From the sequence record DRR723986_4969: DNA of 64,000 nucleotides, one strand, 5' to 3'. Under the pieces are notes generated by a model. That model saw nothing but the letters and a program-made list of their open reading frames with translations, was not told the DNA's origin and made no database searches. A program made the translations under genes and the position numbers. Below are positions 40,682-50,429 of this stretch, one piece after another (the stretch's first letter is position 1; each line of letters starts with the position of its first letter).

Positions 40682-41085
40682 TGGCACGTCGTCCCGGCGG
40701 AGCCGGAAGGCAACCGGCAGAAACCGATCGCCGCCGCCGGGCACATGCCCTGGGCCTTTCTGCCGAAACTCTTGCCGCCTGGTACCTGCGCCTCACCGGC
40801 TGGCGCATTCTCAAGCGCCGCTACAAGACAAAGGCTGGCGAGATCGATCTCATCGCCAAGCGGCGCAAGACAGTCGCCTTCATCGAGGTCAAGGCCCGCA
40901 AATCGCGGCAGGCGGCGCTGGAAGCCGTCACGCCTGCCAGCCAGAAGCGCATCTCGCGTGCCGCGAAGATCTTCGTCACGGAACACCCGAAGGCCGGGTT
41001 CTTCACCCTGCGCTTCGATATTATCGTCGTCCGGCCCCGCGCGTTGCCCGAGCGGATCATGAATGCGTTTCAGGCCTGGGAGTAG
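40681..41085 (+). CDS. yraN: YraN family protein
   Basis: GLSAETLAAWYL, GEIDLIA, FIEVKAR, RFDII. Confidence 0.93.
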   Translation: MARRPGGAGRQPAETDRRRRAHALGLSAETLAAWYLRLTGWRILKRRYKTKAGEIDLIAKRRKTVAFIEVKARKSRQAALEAVTPASQKRISRAAKIFVTEHPKAGFFTLRFDIIVVRPRALPERIMNAFQAWE

Positions 41086-41128
41086 TTCGGGGCGCAATTT
41101 TTCGGCTGCCGAGAAAATTCACCTTCGG

Positions 41129-41277
41129 CGTCACGCCGGACAAGCGCAGCGCGGATCCGGGCCTTGCTCGCTGCCCTGCTTGCTCACAGTGGTCTCAATG
41201 TCCCGGATATTTGCGTCACCTTGGGAGCGCTCTTGAAACGAGTAGGCCCCAGGCTCCCGTCGGTCGCCGGGTTGACG
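41129..41277. repeat. CGTC-type REP/RIME-like palindromic element
   Basis: CGTCACGCCGGACAAGCGCAGCGCGGATCCGG ... GTAGGCCCCAGGCTC...GCCGGGTTGACG; imperfect terminal inverted repeats. Confidence 0.5.
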
Positions 41278-41453
41278 CTGACTATGGCCGAGAGACTTCA
41301 CCTCATTTGCCGGTGCCCGGAGCCACAGGAACCGAACTCGGATCCTTCTGACCTCCCCCTCTGGACAAAGCCGACTGCGCACCGCATATCTGGACCAATC
41401 GTTCTGAAAATCCCAAAGGCGCTCAAGCGGCGCCGCCCGCCGGGAGTTGCCTC

Positions 41454-42398
41454 ATGGCTTTGAAAGTTGCGGTCCAGATGGACCATGTTTCGTCCATCAA
41501 CATTGCCGGCGACAGCGCCTTCGCAATGATGCTGGAAGCACAGTCTCGCGGACACGAACTTTATCACTACACGCCCGACCGTCTGGCGATGCGCGGTGAC
41601 GAAGTGTTCTGCGCACTGGAGCCGATCGAAGTGCGCGATGTGAAGGGTGATCACTTCACATTGGGTGAAAAGAGCCGGTTCAACATGCGCGAGATGGACG
41701 TGGTGCTGATGCGCCAGGACCCGCCGTTTGACCTCTCCTACATCGCCGCGACCCACATTCTGGAAAAGATCCATCCGGACACTCTGGTGGTCAACGATCC
41801 TGCAGCCGTTCGCAACGCGCCGGAAAAGCTGTTCGTGACCGAATTCGCCGACCTGATGCCGCCGACCCTGATCACCAAGGACAAGTCGGAAATCGATCTG
41901 TTCCGGAAGGAATACGGCGACATCGTCATGAAGCCGCTGTTCGGCCATGGTGGCGCGGCTGTCTTCCGCATCACCCAGGATGACCTCAACTACGGTTCGC
42001 TCTACGACTTCTTTGCCGCGACCTTCCGCGAGCCCTGGGTCATTCAGCAGTTCCTGCCCAATGTGAAGCACGGCGACAAGCGCATCCTGCTGGTTGATGG
42101 CCAGTTTGCCGGCGCGGTCAACCGCGTTCCGGCCGCAGGCGACCTGCGCTCCAACATGGTGCGGGGCGGTGCGCCGACCGACAGTGAGCTGACCGAGCGG
42201 GAACGCGAGATCTGCGCGCGCCTCGGGCCTTCGCTGAAGGACAAGGGCCTGATCCTGGTGGGGATCGATGTCATCGACGGCAACCTGACAGAAATCAACG
42301 TCACCGCCCCCACAGGCATCCGCGCCATCCGCAATCTCGGTGGACCGGATGTGGCTGGCATGGTCTGGGACGTGCTGGAAGCGAAGGTGAAGGGCTGA
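41454..42398 (+). CDS. gshB: Glutathione synthetase
   Basis: [42 protein letters not shown]. Confidence 0.96.
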   Translation: MALKVAVQMDHVSSINIAGDSAFAMMLEAQSRGHELYHYTPDRLAMRGDEVFCALEPIEVRDVKGDHFTLGEKSRFNMREMDVVLMRQDPPFDLSYIAATHILEKIHPDTLVVNDPAAVRNAPEKLFVTEFADLMPPTLITKDKSEIDLFRKEYGDIVMKPLFGHGGAAVFRITQDDLNYGSLYDFFAATFREPWVIQQFLPNVKHGDKRILLVDGQFAGAVNRVPAAGDLRSNMVRGGAPTDSELTEREREICARLGPSLKDKGLILVGIDVIDGNLTEINVTAPTGIRAIRNLGGPDVAGMVWDVLEAKVKG

Positions 42399-42432
42399 GC
42401 AGCCCTTCCCGCCAGCCAGTTCGAATATCCGC

Positions 42433-42463
42433 TTGACCTCAATTTAAGTTGAGGTTGTAGAGC
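42433..42463 (+). promoter_or_regulatory. SoxR box within a 19-bp-spacer (MerR-type) promoter
   Basis: TTGACC -35; dyad ACCTCAATTTAAGTTGAGGT (42436-42455) versus SoxR consensus CCTCAAGTTAACTTGAGG; weak -10 TAGAGC at 19-bp spacing. Confidence 0.85.
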
Positions 42464-42495
42464 TTTTTCTCCTTTCAGATCCCAAGGAGAAAAGC

Positions 42496-42825
42496 ATGAA
42501 ATCGGACACGGAATCCCGGCCTATCTACCGCGTCGACCGCTTTGAAGTGCCGCTCGAGGCACGAGACGTTCTGCTAGAACGGCTCAATGTCATTCGCGGC
42601 CTGCTTCAGAACATCGAAGGGTGCCGCCAGAACCTTGTGCTTGAGCAGCCTTCCGGCGAGGGGATGGCAAAATTCGTCACCTTTGTCGAATGGCAGAACG
42701 AAGAGGTCTTTCTGGAGGCAAAAGCCCGGATTGCAGATGAATACCGCAAGGTCGCATTCGACCCGCAGGCCTTCCTGAAGCAAATCGGTGCAAAGGCGGT
42801 CATGGCGAACATGAACGCTGTCTGA
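42496..42825 (+). CDS. Antibiotic biosynthesis monooxygenase (ABM)-like small protein
   Basis: YRVDRFEVP...FVTFVEW dimeric alpha/beta-barrel pattern; RBS AAGGAG. Confidence 0.78.
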   Translation: MKSDTESRPIYRVDRFEVPLEARDVLLERLNVIRGLLQNIEGCRQNLVLEQPSGEGMAKFVTFVEWQNEEVFLEAKARIADEYRKVAFDPQAFLKQIGAKAVMANMNAV

Positions 42826-42888
42826 TGTCTGACGGTACGAACGGGAATACCCGCATGCGGAGGTCGCGCGCACAGCCCGCGCCAAGGC

Positions 42889-42918
42889 AAAAAAAACCTC
42901 CGCATGGGGGTGCGGAGG
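42889..42918 (-). terminator. Rho-independent terminator (minus strand)
   Basis: 8-bp GC stem plus 8 U. Confidence 0.8.
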
Positions 42919-43010
42919 TATAAAGAGTTTGTGCTTAGACAATGCAACAGAGGGCCTACTCGGCAGCCTCTGTATGTAAAACCCGTTCCACATGGAATCG
43001 TTCCTTGGAA
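42889..43010 (-). ncRNA. Candidate small RNA (5' end approximate)
   Basis: Minus-strand hairpin ACAGAGG/CCTCTGT (42947-42973) followed by terminator CCTCCGCA-CCCCCA-TGCGGAGG-U8; no protein gene ends nearby. Confidence 0.45.
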
Positions 43011-43366
43011 AAACGTGATTCACGTGAAATTTTTCAAGTTTCTACTTCAGGCTGTCGTTATCGTATTGAAAATACGGGATTAATCCGGCCAAGGACGCTC
43101 AAGATTTTTTTCCATTGATACCCGCTGAAACCCCGGATCGCGCTGTCAGCGAGGCGCAACACCCGGAAATGGCGTGACTTTTCGTGTTCCCCTGGGGCAT
43201 GTCGCTTGGCAGGGCGGCCACTCCCTCGGGCCGTGCAAACAAGATCAAGTCCTGAGCCGGGTCCGGGCTTTGCTGCATCGGAAAAAGAATAATCTGGCCC
43301 GCAGGGCAAAACAAAGGCCGCTTTCCCGAAGGACAGCGGCCTTTCAGAAGCAACCTGCAAGTGGGA

Positions 43367-44479
43367 TTATTCGGCTGCTTCAGTCTTGATGACGCCGCGG
43401 CGGATCTGGTCTTCCTCGATCGATTCGAACAGGGCGCGGAAATTGCCTTCGCCAAATCCTTCGTCACCCTTGCGCTGGATGAACTCAAAGAAGATCGGGC
43501 CGATCACGGTCTTGGAGAAGATCTGCAGCAGGATCTTGGTCATGCCGCCGTCGATCACACCCTCACCATCGATCAGGATGCCGTGGCGCTTCATCCGCTC
43601 GATCGGCTCGTCATGGCCGTTCACCCTGGCATGGGACATCTCGTAATAGGTTTCCGGCGGGCCGGGCATGAATTTCAGGCCGTTGTCCGCCAGAAGGTCC
43701 GTGCTCTGGTAGATGTTGTCCGTGCCGACAGCAATGTGCTGGATGCCTTCGCCGTTGTACTTCTTCAGGTATTCCTCGATCTGGCTGGTATCGTCCTTGG
43801 ATTCGTTCAGCGGAATACGGATCTTGCCGCAAGGGCTGGTGATCGCACGGCTGACGAGACCGGTGATCCGACCGTCGATGTCGAAGAAATGGATCTGTTT
43901 GAAGTTGAACAGGTCGCGATAGAAGTCCCACCACTTGTCCATGTTGCCGCGATAGACGTTGTGGGTGAGGTGATCGAGATAGTAGAAGCCGACGCCCTGC
44001 GGCTTGGGGTCGAACTCGCCCAGCCAGTTGAATTCCCTGGAATAGGCCGAGCCTTTGGCGCCGTAGGTATCCACGAAATAAAGCAGCGAGCCGCCGATGC
44101 CGACAATTGCCGGAACGTCCAGGGTCTTGTCGTCGCCTTCATATGGCGTCGCGCCTTTGGCAACTGCATGCTCGAACGCCTTTTGCGCATCGACGACGCG
44201 CCAGGCCATGGCAGGCGCGCAGGGGCCATGCGTGTCCACGAACTTCATGCCGAAGCTGCCCGGTTCGGCATTCAGCACATAGGTGACGTCACCCTGGCGA
44301 TAGAGCGTGATGTTCTTGCTCTTGTGCTTTGCAACGGGGAGGTAGCCCATCTTGCGGAACAGTTCGTCCAGCTTTTCCGGTTCCGGATGGGCGAATTCGA
44401 CAAATTCGAAGCCATCAGTCCCTGCCGGATTTTCAGACGTGATCTGTGCCGGCGGCGCGTCGTGCGGGAACGGTCCCAT
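43367..44479 (-). CDS. hppD: 4-hydroxyphenylpyruvate dioxygenase
   Basis: NPAGTDGFEFVEF, DHLTHNV, GIQHIA, FFEFIQRKGDEGFGEGNFRALFESIE. Confidence 0.97.
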   Translation of the reverse strand: MGPFPHDAPPAQITSENPAGTDGFEFVEFAHPEPEKLDELFRKMGYLPVAKHKSKNITLYRQGDVTYVLNAEPGSFGMKFVDTHGPCAPAMAWRVVDAQKAFEHAVAKGATPYEGDDKTLDVPAIVGIGGSLLYFVDTYGAKGSAYSREFNWLGEFDPKPQGVGFYYLDHLTHNVYRGNMDKWWDFYRDLFNFKQIHFFDIDGRITGLVSRAITSPCGKIRIPLNESKDDTSQIEEYLKKYNGEGIQHIAVGTDNIYQSTDLLADNGLKFMPGPPETYYEMSHARVNGHDEPIERMKRHGILIDGEGVIDGGMTKILLQIFSKTVIGPIFFEFIQRKGDEGFGEGNFRALFESIEEDQIRRGVIKTEAAE

Positions 44480-44606
44480 GAAAGTCCTCCTCGGTAAAAC
44501 GGGTCATTGCAGCCAGAATGCCGTGAAGGGCGCGCAGTGTGTGTGCAATCCACGTGTTTTCGCGTAAGATGATGCACGAAACATGCAGGATATTACGGAG
44601 TAACGC

Positions 44607-45074
44607 ATGACGATTGCGCTGGATGGCTTTGATGTGAAGCTGCTCGCCGCCTTGCAGAACAATGCCGCCCTCACCAATGCCGAACTGGGTGACGTGATTG
44701 GCCTGTCCGCAAGCCAGGTTTCCAGGCGGCGGCAGAAACTGGAAGAAGCGGGTATCATCCGCCGGTACCGGGCGGCACTGGATCCGGAAGCCCTGGGTCT
44801 GATGGTCACGGCCTATGTCGGCGTGACGCTTGGCGCGCATTCCAGGGAAAACGCCCGCAAGTTCCGCAACATGGTGACCGCCATGCCGGAAGTGCAGGAG
44901 GCCCACACGCTGACCGGCGATGTCGATTACATGCTGAAGATCGTGGTGCCGGACCTGAAGGCGCTCAGCCACATCATCAACGACGAACTACTTCCCCAGG
45001 AGGCGGTCCATCATGTGCGCTCGTCCATTGCCATGGAAACCTTGAAGGACGACAATCTGCTGCCGCTGAAATGA
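44607..45074 (+). CDS. Lrp/AsnC regulator (divergent from hppD)
   Basis: LDGFDVKLLAALQ...GLSASQVSRR, TGDVDYMLK. Confidence 0.93.
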   Translation: MTIALDGFDVKLLAALQNNAALTNAELGDVIGLSASQVSRRRQKLEEAGIIRRYRAALDPEALGLMVTAYVGVTLGAHSRENARKFRNMVTAMPEVQEAHTLTGDVDYMLKIVVPDLKALSHIINDELLPQEAVHHVRSSIAMETLKDDNLLPLK

Positions 45075-45078
45075 CCGC

Positions 45079-45651
45079 TCAAAGCCCCAGCCAGCCCATG
45101 AGATCGGTCCAGAAATCCTTGCGCAGGCCTTTGAGATCCGGTGCCGGATTGCCGTATGGGTCCGCCAGGCAGACATCTGAAAACCCGGTCTTGCCGGAGA
45201 GAAGACATCGCTCCGGTTCACAGGTGATCGTATCGGAGAGATAGATCCGTTTTCCCGCAAAGGTCTTGAATGCGAGTTCCGGTTTGTCCTGCCTTGTTCC
45301 CGAGGTGAAGACATAGGTCGGAAACTCGCTGCCGCGCGGCTGGCCGCGGTCCTGGATTGCATGGATGTACAGCAGGCTTCCGGGCGCGTCTTCACGCGAG
45401 CAGCCCTTGATGTTGAAGGCATAAAGATTGCCGGTCGTGCTTTCGCCTGCATCGGCAAGCGTGCGCGAATAGGCGCTCAGCAGATCTTCCTGCCAGATCT
45501 TGCGGTAGGTATCGGCCTCGTCGTTCAGCGACAGCGCATGCGCACTCCCGCTCCCCAAAGTCCCGGCGATGAGGCAGCATCGTAGGGAAAGACTGCGGAC
45601 TGAGGCGAGGAGGTTCAAGATTGTTCTCGTTGTTGCCTGGAAGACAAGCAT
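45079..45651 (-). CDS. Hypothetical exported protein (start uncertain)
   Basis: Signal-like segment ending SAHA; several Cys; no recognised family. Confidence 0.6.
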   Translation of the reverse strand: MLVFQATTRTILNLLASVRSLSLRCCLIAGTLGSGSAHALSLNDEADTYRKIWQEDLLSAYSRTLADAGESTTGNLYAFNIKGCSREDAPGSLLYIHAIQDRGQPRGSEFPTYVFTSGTRQDKPELAFKTFAGKRIYLSDTITCEPERCLLSGKTGFSDVCLADPYGNPAPDLKGLRKDFWTDLMGWLGL

Positions 45652-45687
45652 TGTGGATTGGAGAAGTGTGACCGAGTGTAACGCAAA

Positions 45688-45715
45688 CTTGCGTCCCTTG
45701 CAGAAAATCCCATTT
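45688..45715 (+). promoter_or_regulatory. Possible RpoH-type promoter
   Basis: CTTG-N17-CCCATTT upstream of the DUF533 gene. Confidence 0.35.
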
Positions 45716-45769
45716 GATAGTGCAACCGTGATTTAAGCCGCTTCACGCGGCAATTTTAAGGAGCCGAAT

Positions 45770-46513
45770 ATGTTCGACGCAAAATCCTTGCTGGATCAGT
45801 TTCTGGGGACCCAGGGCGGTGGTCAATCCGGCCAGCGCGGGACTGCCCGCAAGGGTGGATCCGGTGATCTCCTGTCCCAGGGCAAGGATTTTCTGTCGTC
45901 CCAGGGTGGCGGTCTGGCACTCGGCAGCCTGGCCGGTCTCATGCTTGGCAGCAAGAGCGGACGCAAGCTCGGCAAGAAGGCAGTCACCTATGGCGGCCTC
46001 GCACTGGTTGCCGGCCTTGCCTACAAGGCCTACCAGGGCCACAAGGCCAATCAGCAGAACGCACCGCGCCCACAGTATCCGGCCGATGATCCGATCCCGC
46101 TGGAAGCACCGCGCGGCACCGCCTTCGATCCGTGCGAGCATCCGGGCGGCGAACATCAGGCCGCAATCGCTTTGCTGACGGCAATGATCTCCGCCGCAAA
46201 AGCCGACGGTCATATTGATCGCGACGAACAGGACCGGATTTTCGACAAGATCGACGAGGCCGGACTGGACAGCGAGGCGAAGGCGTTCCTGATGGACGAA
46301 TTGCGCTCGCCGCTTGATCTGGACAAGGTCGTGGCCAGTGCAACCTGTGAGGAGACTGCGGCCGAAATCTACGCCGCGTCGCGTCTTGCCATCGATCCGG
46401 ATCATCCGGCGGAAAAGGCCTACCTGCAGATGCTCGCTGCCCGGCTTGGTCTGGATGACGGCCTCGTTCAGGAGATCGAATACGCCGTTCGCGAAGCGCA
46501 GATGGCGGGATGA
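45770..46513 (+). CDS. DUF533/YebE (TerB-like) protein
   Basis: GGLALVAGLAYKAYQ, AMISAAKADGHID, EIYAASRLAID. Confidence 0.9.
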   Translation: MFDAKSLLDQFLGTQGGGQSGQRGTARKGGSGDLLSQGKDFLSSQGGGLALGSLAGLMLGSKSGRKLGKKAVTYGGLALVAGLAYKAYQGHKANQQNAPRPQYPADDPIPLEAPRGTAFDPCEHPGGEHQAAIALLTAMISAAKADGHIDRDEQDRIFDKIDEAGLDSEAKAFLMDELRSPLDLDKVVASATCEETAAEIYAASRLAIDPDHPAEKAYLQMLAARLGLDDGLVQEIEYAVREAQMAG

Positions 46514-46538
46514 CCGGCAAAACGGCGTGAAGAAAATC

Positions 46539-46571
46539 GGGCGTCCCGTGACCACAGATCACGGGACGCCC
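46539..46571 (-). terminator. Terminator hairpin between convergent genes
   Basis: GGGCGTCCCGTGA-ccacaga-TCACGGGACGCCC perfect 13-bp stem; UUUUCUU tail on the minus strand. Confidence 0.75.
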
Positions 46572-46673
46572 TGAATAACCGGCACATGCCGCGCGGCCGT
46601 CGAAAAGGCAAGCCGCGAAGCGAGCCTAAAGGCACGCAGCCCTGTGGGGGAGCCGCACACCACCCCTGGCCGG

Positions 46674-47741
46674 CTATTTCCCTGTGTTTTCCTCGATCAG
46701 CTCGATGGCGCGGTTGTAAAGCCCTGTGCCGTCCATGCCTTTTTCGTCCATTTCGGCCACCCATTTTTCAATCGTTGGTGCCGAGGCTTCCTTCCAGCGG
46801 GCAACTTCTTCCGGTGGAAGGACAATCATCGTCGCCCCCTTCTCGATCGCTTCGTCGCGAGGCTTGGCATCGTCCCGCTGCATCTGACCACCTGCGAATC
46901 CGGACAGTTCAAGACCGGAATTCTTGTCGATGATCGCCTTCAGGTCGTCGGGCAGTCCGTCATAGGCTGCCCGGTTCATGCCCAGCACGAAGGTTGCCGT
47001 GTAAAGAGCATCGTCACCGAAATCCGTGTGGTTGCTGACGAGTTCGTTGATCTTGAGTGCGCCGGTCACCTCCCACGGCACCACGGTGGCATCGATAACG
47101 CCCTTGGACAGGGCTTCCGGAACCGCCGGCACAGGCATGCCGACAGGTGTTGCCCCGAGTGAACTGAACATGTCGTTGGTCACCCGCGTCGGGGCCCGCA
47201 GCTTCACGCCGTTCAGGTCGTCGAGCGAGTCGATCGGGTCCTTGGAGTGGATCAGCCCGGGTCCATGCACCCAGAGCCCCAGAACCTTCATGTCCTTGAA
47301 GTCCTGGTCCAGCATGGTTTCTTCCGCCAATTGCCAGAAGGCACGCGACACGGCCTCGGCATTGGTCATGACGAAGGGCAGTTCGAAGACTTCCGTCCTT
47401 GGAAAGCGGCCGGGCGTATAGCCAGGCAAGGTCCAGACGATGTCGGCGATGCCGTCGATGGCCTGGTCGACCAGTTCCGGCGGCTTACCGCCAAGCTGCA
47501 TGGCCGGGAAATGCTGGAACTCGATCCGCCCGCCCGATTCTTCCTCGATCCTGGCCATCCACGGTTCAAGGATGTTCTTCGGCACACTGGCTTGCGCCGG
47601 CAGCATCTGGTGCAGCCGCAGCGTGACCTCCGCTGCCACGGCCTGGCCCGCCGTAAGGCTCAGTGAAAGCGCGGCCATGGCAACCGCTCCCACGGTGAGC
47701 GCACCTGCGGCCACCGATCTCATCATCCGGTACTTCGACAT
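46674..47741 (-). CDS. TRAP transporter substrate-binding protein (DctP family)
   Basis: Signal peptide, MQLGGKPPEL, YTPGRFPRTEVFELPF, GVKLRAP, ALSKGVIDA. Confidence 0.92.
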   Translation of the reverse strand: MSKYRMMRSVAAGALTVGAVAMAALSLSLTAGQAVAAEVTLRLHQMLPAQASVPKNILEPWMARIEEESGGRIEFQHFPAMQLGGKPPELVDQAIDGIADIVWTLPGYTPGRFPRTEVFELPFVMTNAEAVSRAFWQLAEETMLDQDFKDMKVLGLWVHGPGLIHSKDPIDSLDDLNGVKLRAPTRVTNDMFSSLGATPVGMPVPAVPEALSKGVIDATVVPWEVTGALKINELVSNHTDFGDDALYTATFVLGMNRAAYDGLPDDLKAIIDKNSGLELSGFAGGQMQRDDAKPRDEAIEKGATMIVLPPEEVARWKEASAPTIEKWVAEMDEKGMDGTGLYNRAIELIEENTGK

Positions 47742-47770
47742 GGTTTCCTCCCTTGTTCGAAATCGTTTCC

Positions 47771-48094
47771 TCACGCCTGCTCGTCCGGCAGATGCACCAC
47801 CAGTCCGTCGAGCGCACCGGTCAGCCTGATCTGGCAGGACAGGCGGGATGTTTCGCGCAAGTCGGCGGCCGCGCATTCCAGCATGATTTCCTCGCCGTCC
47901 GTGCGCGCGCCGGTCTTGTTGCTCCACGCCTCGTCCACGTAGCAATGGCAGGTGGCGCACATCATGGCGCCGCCGCATTCGGCAAAGATGCCATCGACCC
48001 CGTGGCTGACAGCCGTTTCCATGACGCTCGCCCCTTCGCTCGCTTCTATGGTCTTCCGGCTGCCGTTCGGCTGGACGAAGGTGATCTGCACCAT
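47771..48094 (-). CDS. 2Fe-2S ferredoxin (putidaredoxin-type)
   Basis: CGGAMMCATCH...SRLSCQ. Confidence 0.95.
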   Translation of the reverse strand: MVQITFVQPNGSRKTIEASEGASVMETAVSHGVDGIFAECGGAMMCATCHCYVDEAWSNKTGARTDGEEIMLECAAADLRETSRLSCQIRLTGALDGLVVHLPDEQA

Positions 48095-48144
48095 GCGGTT
48101 TTCCTTTCAGCCGGCTCTAACCCGGCCAGGTTGGTTTCTTTTTG

Positions 48145-49320
48145 TCAGCTCAGTTTGACGGGCAGGTTCAGGGGGCCACGGAAACCGAAACCGCTCCAGA
48201 CAACGTCTTCGGGCTTGTCCAGCGTCATGCCGGGGAACCGTTCGAACAGCATCGGCAGCATGATTTCCCCGACAGTCCGCCGCGAGATATGGGCGCCGGC
48301 ACAATGGTGCGGGCCGCTGCCGAAGGCCTGATGCGGCGCTTTCTTTCGAAAGACGTTGAAGGATTCGCCGTCTTCGTAGAGATCCTCGTCGCGATTGGCC
48401 GAGGCCTGGATGGTCATCAGCGTCACGCCTTCGGGAATGTCGATGCCGTCGATTTCCAGATCCCGCGTCGCCCGGCGAGACGACGCCTGGATCGGCGCGA
48501 CCCAGCGGACACCTTCCTCGAATGCATCCGCCCAGGCGTCCTGCCGCTTAACTTCCTCAAGCTGGTCCGGATTGGTCAGCAGGCCATAGATGATGGTTGC
48601 CAGCGCATCGCGCGGCTCGTTGATGCCGCCACCGATGGCAATCTTGATGTTGGCGTAGATCTGGCTTCTGGGGATCGGGTCGCGTGCATTCAGCATGACG
48701 GAGAACGCGGAGTTGTTGGGCTCTGCCAGATGCCGGGCAATCAGGCTGTCGAACACGGCATCCATTTCGGCATTGGCCGCGTCGGACCGGGCAAACGGTT
48801 CATCCGCGAAGCCGAAATTGCCGGCGCCGTCGATCAGCACCTGCGACCAGCGCTGCATGTCGGCGTCGCCGACTTCGTCGAGACCCAGGATGTGCGCGAG
48901 GATCCGTGCTGCCACCGGTCCGCACAGGTCGGTGAAAAGGTCGACCGTTTCGCCTCGTGGCAGCCGGTCGAGATACTCCGCGGCAATCTTGCGGTAGAGA
49001 TCGGCCCAGTCTGTCTTGATGACCTTGGGCGAGAAAGCCGGCTGCATGGCCATGCGCTCGCGCCGGTGTTCCTCTCCGTCCTTGCGCATCAGCGTGTGGG
49101 CCAGAAAGGCGCGCCGCATCGGTGTGACAGGATCGTCCGAACTGTAAAGCTCGGGATCGTCCTTCACCATCTTGGTGTGTTTCGCCTTGGTCAGAAAGAT
49201 ACGGTTTGCCGCCGGAACCTGAACGATCGGCGTTTCGGCCCGCATCCGCTTGTAGATCGGATAGGGGTCGCGCGTCAGGTCCGCAAGCGTCAGCGTTTCG
49301 TCGACAGGTGCGACCGCCAT
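48145..49320 (-). CDS. Cytochrome P450
   Basis: DPYPIYKRMR, EEGVR (ExxR), SANRDE, FGSGPHHCAG haem-Cys; I-helix GGGINEP. Confidence 0.95.
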   Translation of the reverse strand: MAVAPVDETLTLADLTRDPYPIYKRMRAETPIVQVPAANRIFLTKAKHTKMVKDDPELYSSDDPVTPMRRAFLAHTLMRKDGEEHRRERMAMQPAFSPKVIKTDWADLYRKIAAEYLDRLPRGETVDLFTDLCGPVAARILAHILGLDEVGDADMQRWSQVLIDGAGNFGFADEPFARSDAANAEMDAVFDSLIARHLAEPNNSAFSVMLNARDPIPRSQIYANIKIAIGGGINEPRDALATIIYGLLTNPDQLEEVKRQDAWADAFEEGVRWVAPIQASSRRATRDLEIDGIDIPEGVTLMTIQASANRDEDLYEDGESFNVFRKKAPHQAFGSGPHHCAGAHISRRTVGEIMLPMLFERFPGMTLDKPEDVVWSGFGFRGPLNLPVKLS

Positions 49321-49374
49321 CTGCCTTCTCCTCCCAAATCCGGCACTGACGGCAGGTTAAGCGGGCGGAATAAA

Positions 49375-49420
49375 ATCAGGCAATACGATTGACTTTATAG
49401 TTGTCATCGAATTTTTTGAT
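49375..49420. promoter_or_regulatory. Two LysR-type ATC-N9-GAT dyads
   Basis: ATC-AGGCAATAC-GAT (49375-49389) and ATC-GAATTTTTT-GAT (49406-49420) in the P450/LysR spacer. Confidence 0.5.
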
Positions 49421-49469
49421 TTTACAAATCGTGGCGAGTGTTCTTGCCGGATCCGGGAGGAAATTGCCG

Positions 49470-50408
49470 ATGCCGGGCGATCCGTTGGAAGTCGATTTTC
49501 GGGCGCTGCAGGTTCTGGTCTGGGTGCACCAGCTCCGTTCGTTCACGCGTGCGGCGGAAGAACTCGGCGTCAATCAGTCAGCGGTCAGCTACACGATCAA
49601 CAAGCTGCGGGACGTGTTTCAGGATCCGCTGTTCGTCCGCCAGGCCCGTCGGCTCCACCCGACAAAACGCTGCGAAGATATCGTCCATCAGGCCAAACGG
49701 TTGACGGCCGAGTTCCGGCAACTGGTCGCTCCGCCGGATTTCGATCCGAAGACGGCGGCGCAGACCTTCACCATTGCCTGCAACTTCTATGAACGCGTCC
49801 TGATCATTCCGGAAATCGTTCATTTTCTGAAGCGCGAAGCGCCCAACCTGGACCTGGAGATCATCGATGCGTCGGGGATCGGTCACGAGCGGTTGCTGCG
49901 CAATGAGGCGGATCTCCTGCTTGGTCCGTTCGAACGGTCGGACCCGCATTTCTACAGGCGCGACCTCTATCAGGATCGCTACGTCTGCCTGCTCGATCCG
50001 GAGCATCCGAAAGCCGGAGCGGCACTGAGCCTGGACGATTATCTGGACCTCGACCACGTGCTCGTCACCTACGGCGGTCAATGGCGGTCGCGCTATATCA
50101 TCGAGCTTGAGCGCATGAACAAGGACTTGAAAGTCGCCCTGCGCGTGCCGAGCCCGGCCGGGCTGGAGCGTCTGGTCGCGGGATCGAACCTCGTCGCCAC
50201 GGTGCCGGAACGGCTGTCCAGATCAGTTGCGGATGGACTTCATGTGGTTCCCTGCCCGGTGGAAACGTCGGTCACGATCAGCCTCGTGTGGACCACGCTC
50301 AACCACCGCGCACCGCTGCACATGTGGGTGCGCGACATGGTCTACCGGCTGAACACACGAACCCGGAAGGCGGATGATCCGTCTTCCGGGCTGGGTATCT
50401 CGCGGTAA
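49470..50408 (+). CDS. LysR-family regulator (NahR/NodD-like) divergent from P450 operon
   Basis: SFTRAAEELGVNQSAVSYTINKLRDVFQDPLFVR. Confidence 0.93.
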   Translation: MPGDPLEVDFRALQVLVWVHQLRSFTRAAEELGVNQSAVSYTINKLRDVFQDPLFVRQARRLHPTKRCEDIVHQAKRLTAEFRQLVAPPDFDPKTAAQTFTIACNFYERVLIIPEIVHFLKREAPNLDLEIIDASGIGHERLLRNEADLLLGPFERSDPHFYRRDLYQDRYVCLLDPEHPKAGAALSLDDYLDLDHVLVTYGGQWRSRYIIELERMNKDLKVALRVPSPAGLERLVAGSNLVATVPERLSRSVADGLHVVPCPVETSVTISLVWTTLNHRAPLHMWVRDMVYRLNTRTRKADDPSSGLGISR

Positions 50409-50429
50409 CAGGCTTTCAGCCAGTTTCCG

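Noticed and set aside
41086-41453. RNase P RNA, tmRNA or a small CDS in the yraN-gshB gap
   Set aside because: No GAGGAAAGTCC signature and no tag peptide ending in AA. The ORFs lack an RBS or motifs, and a REP-like element explains part of the gap.
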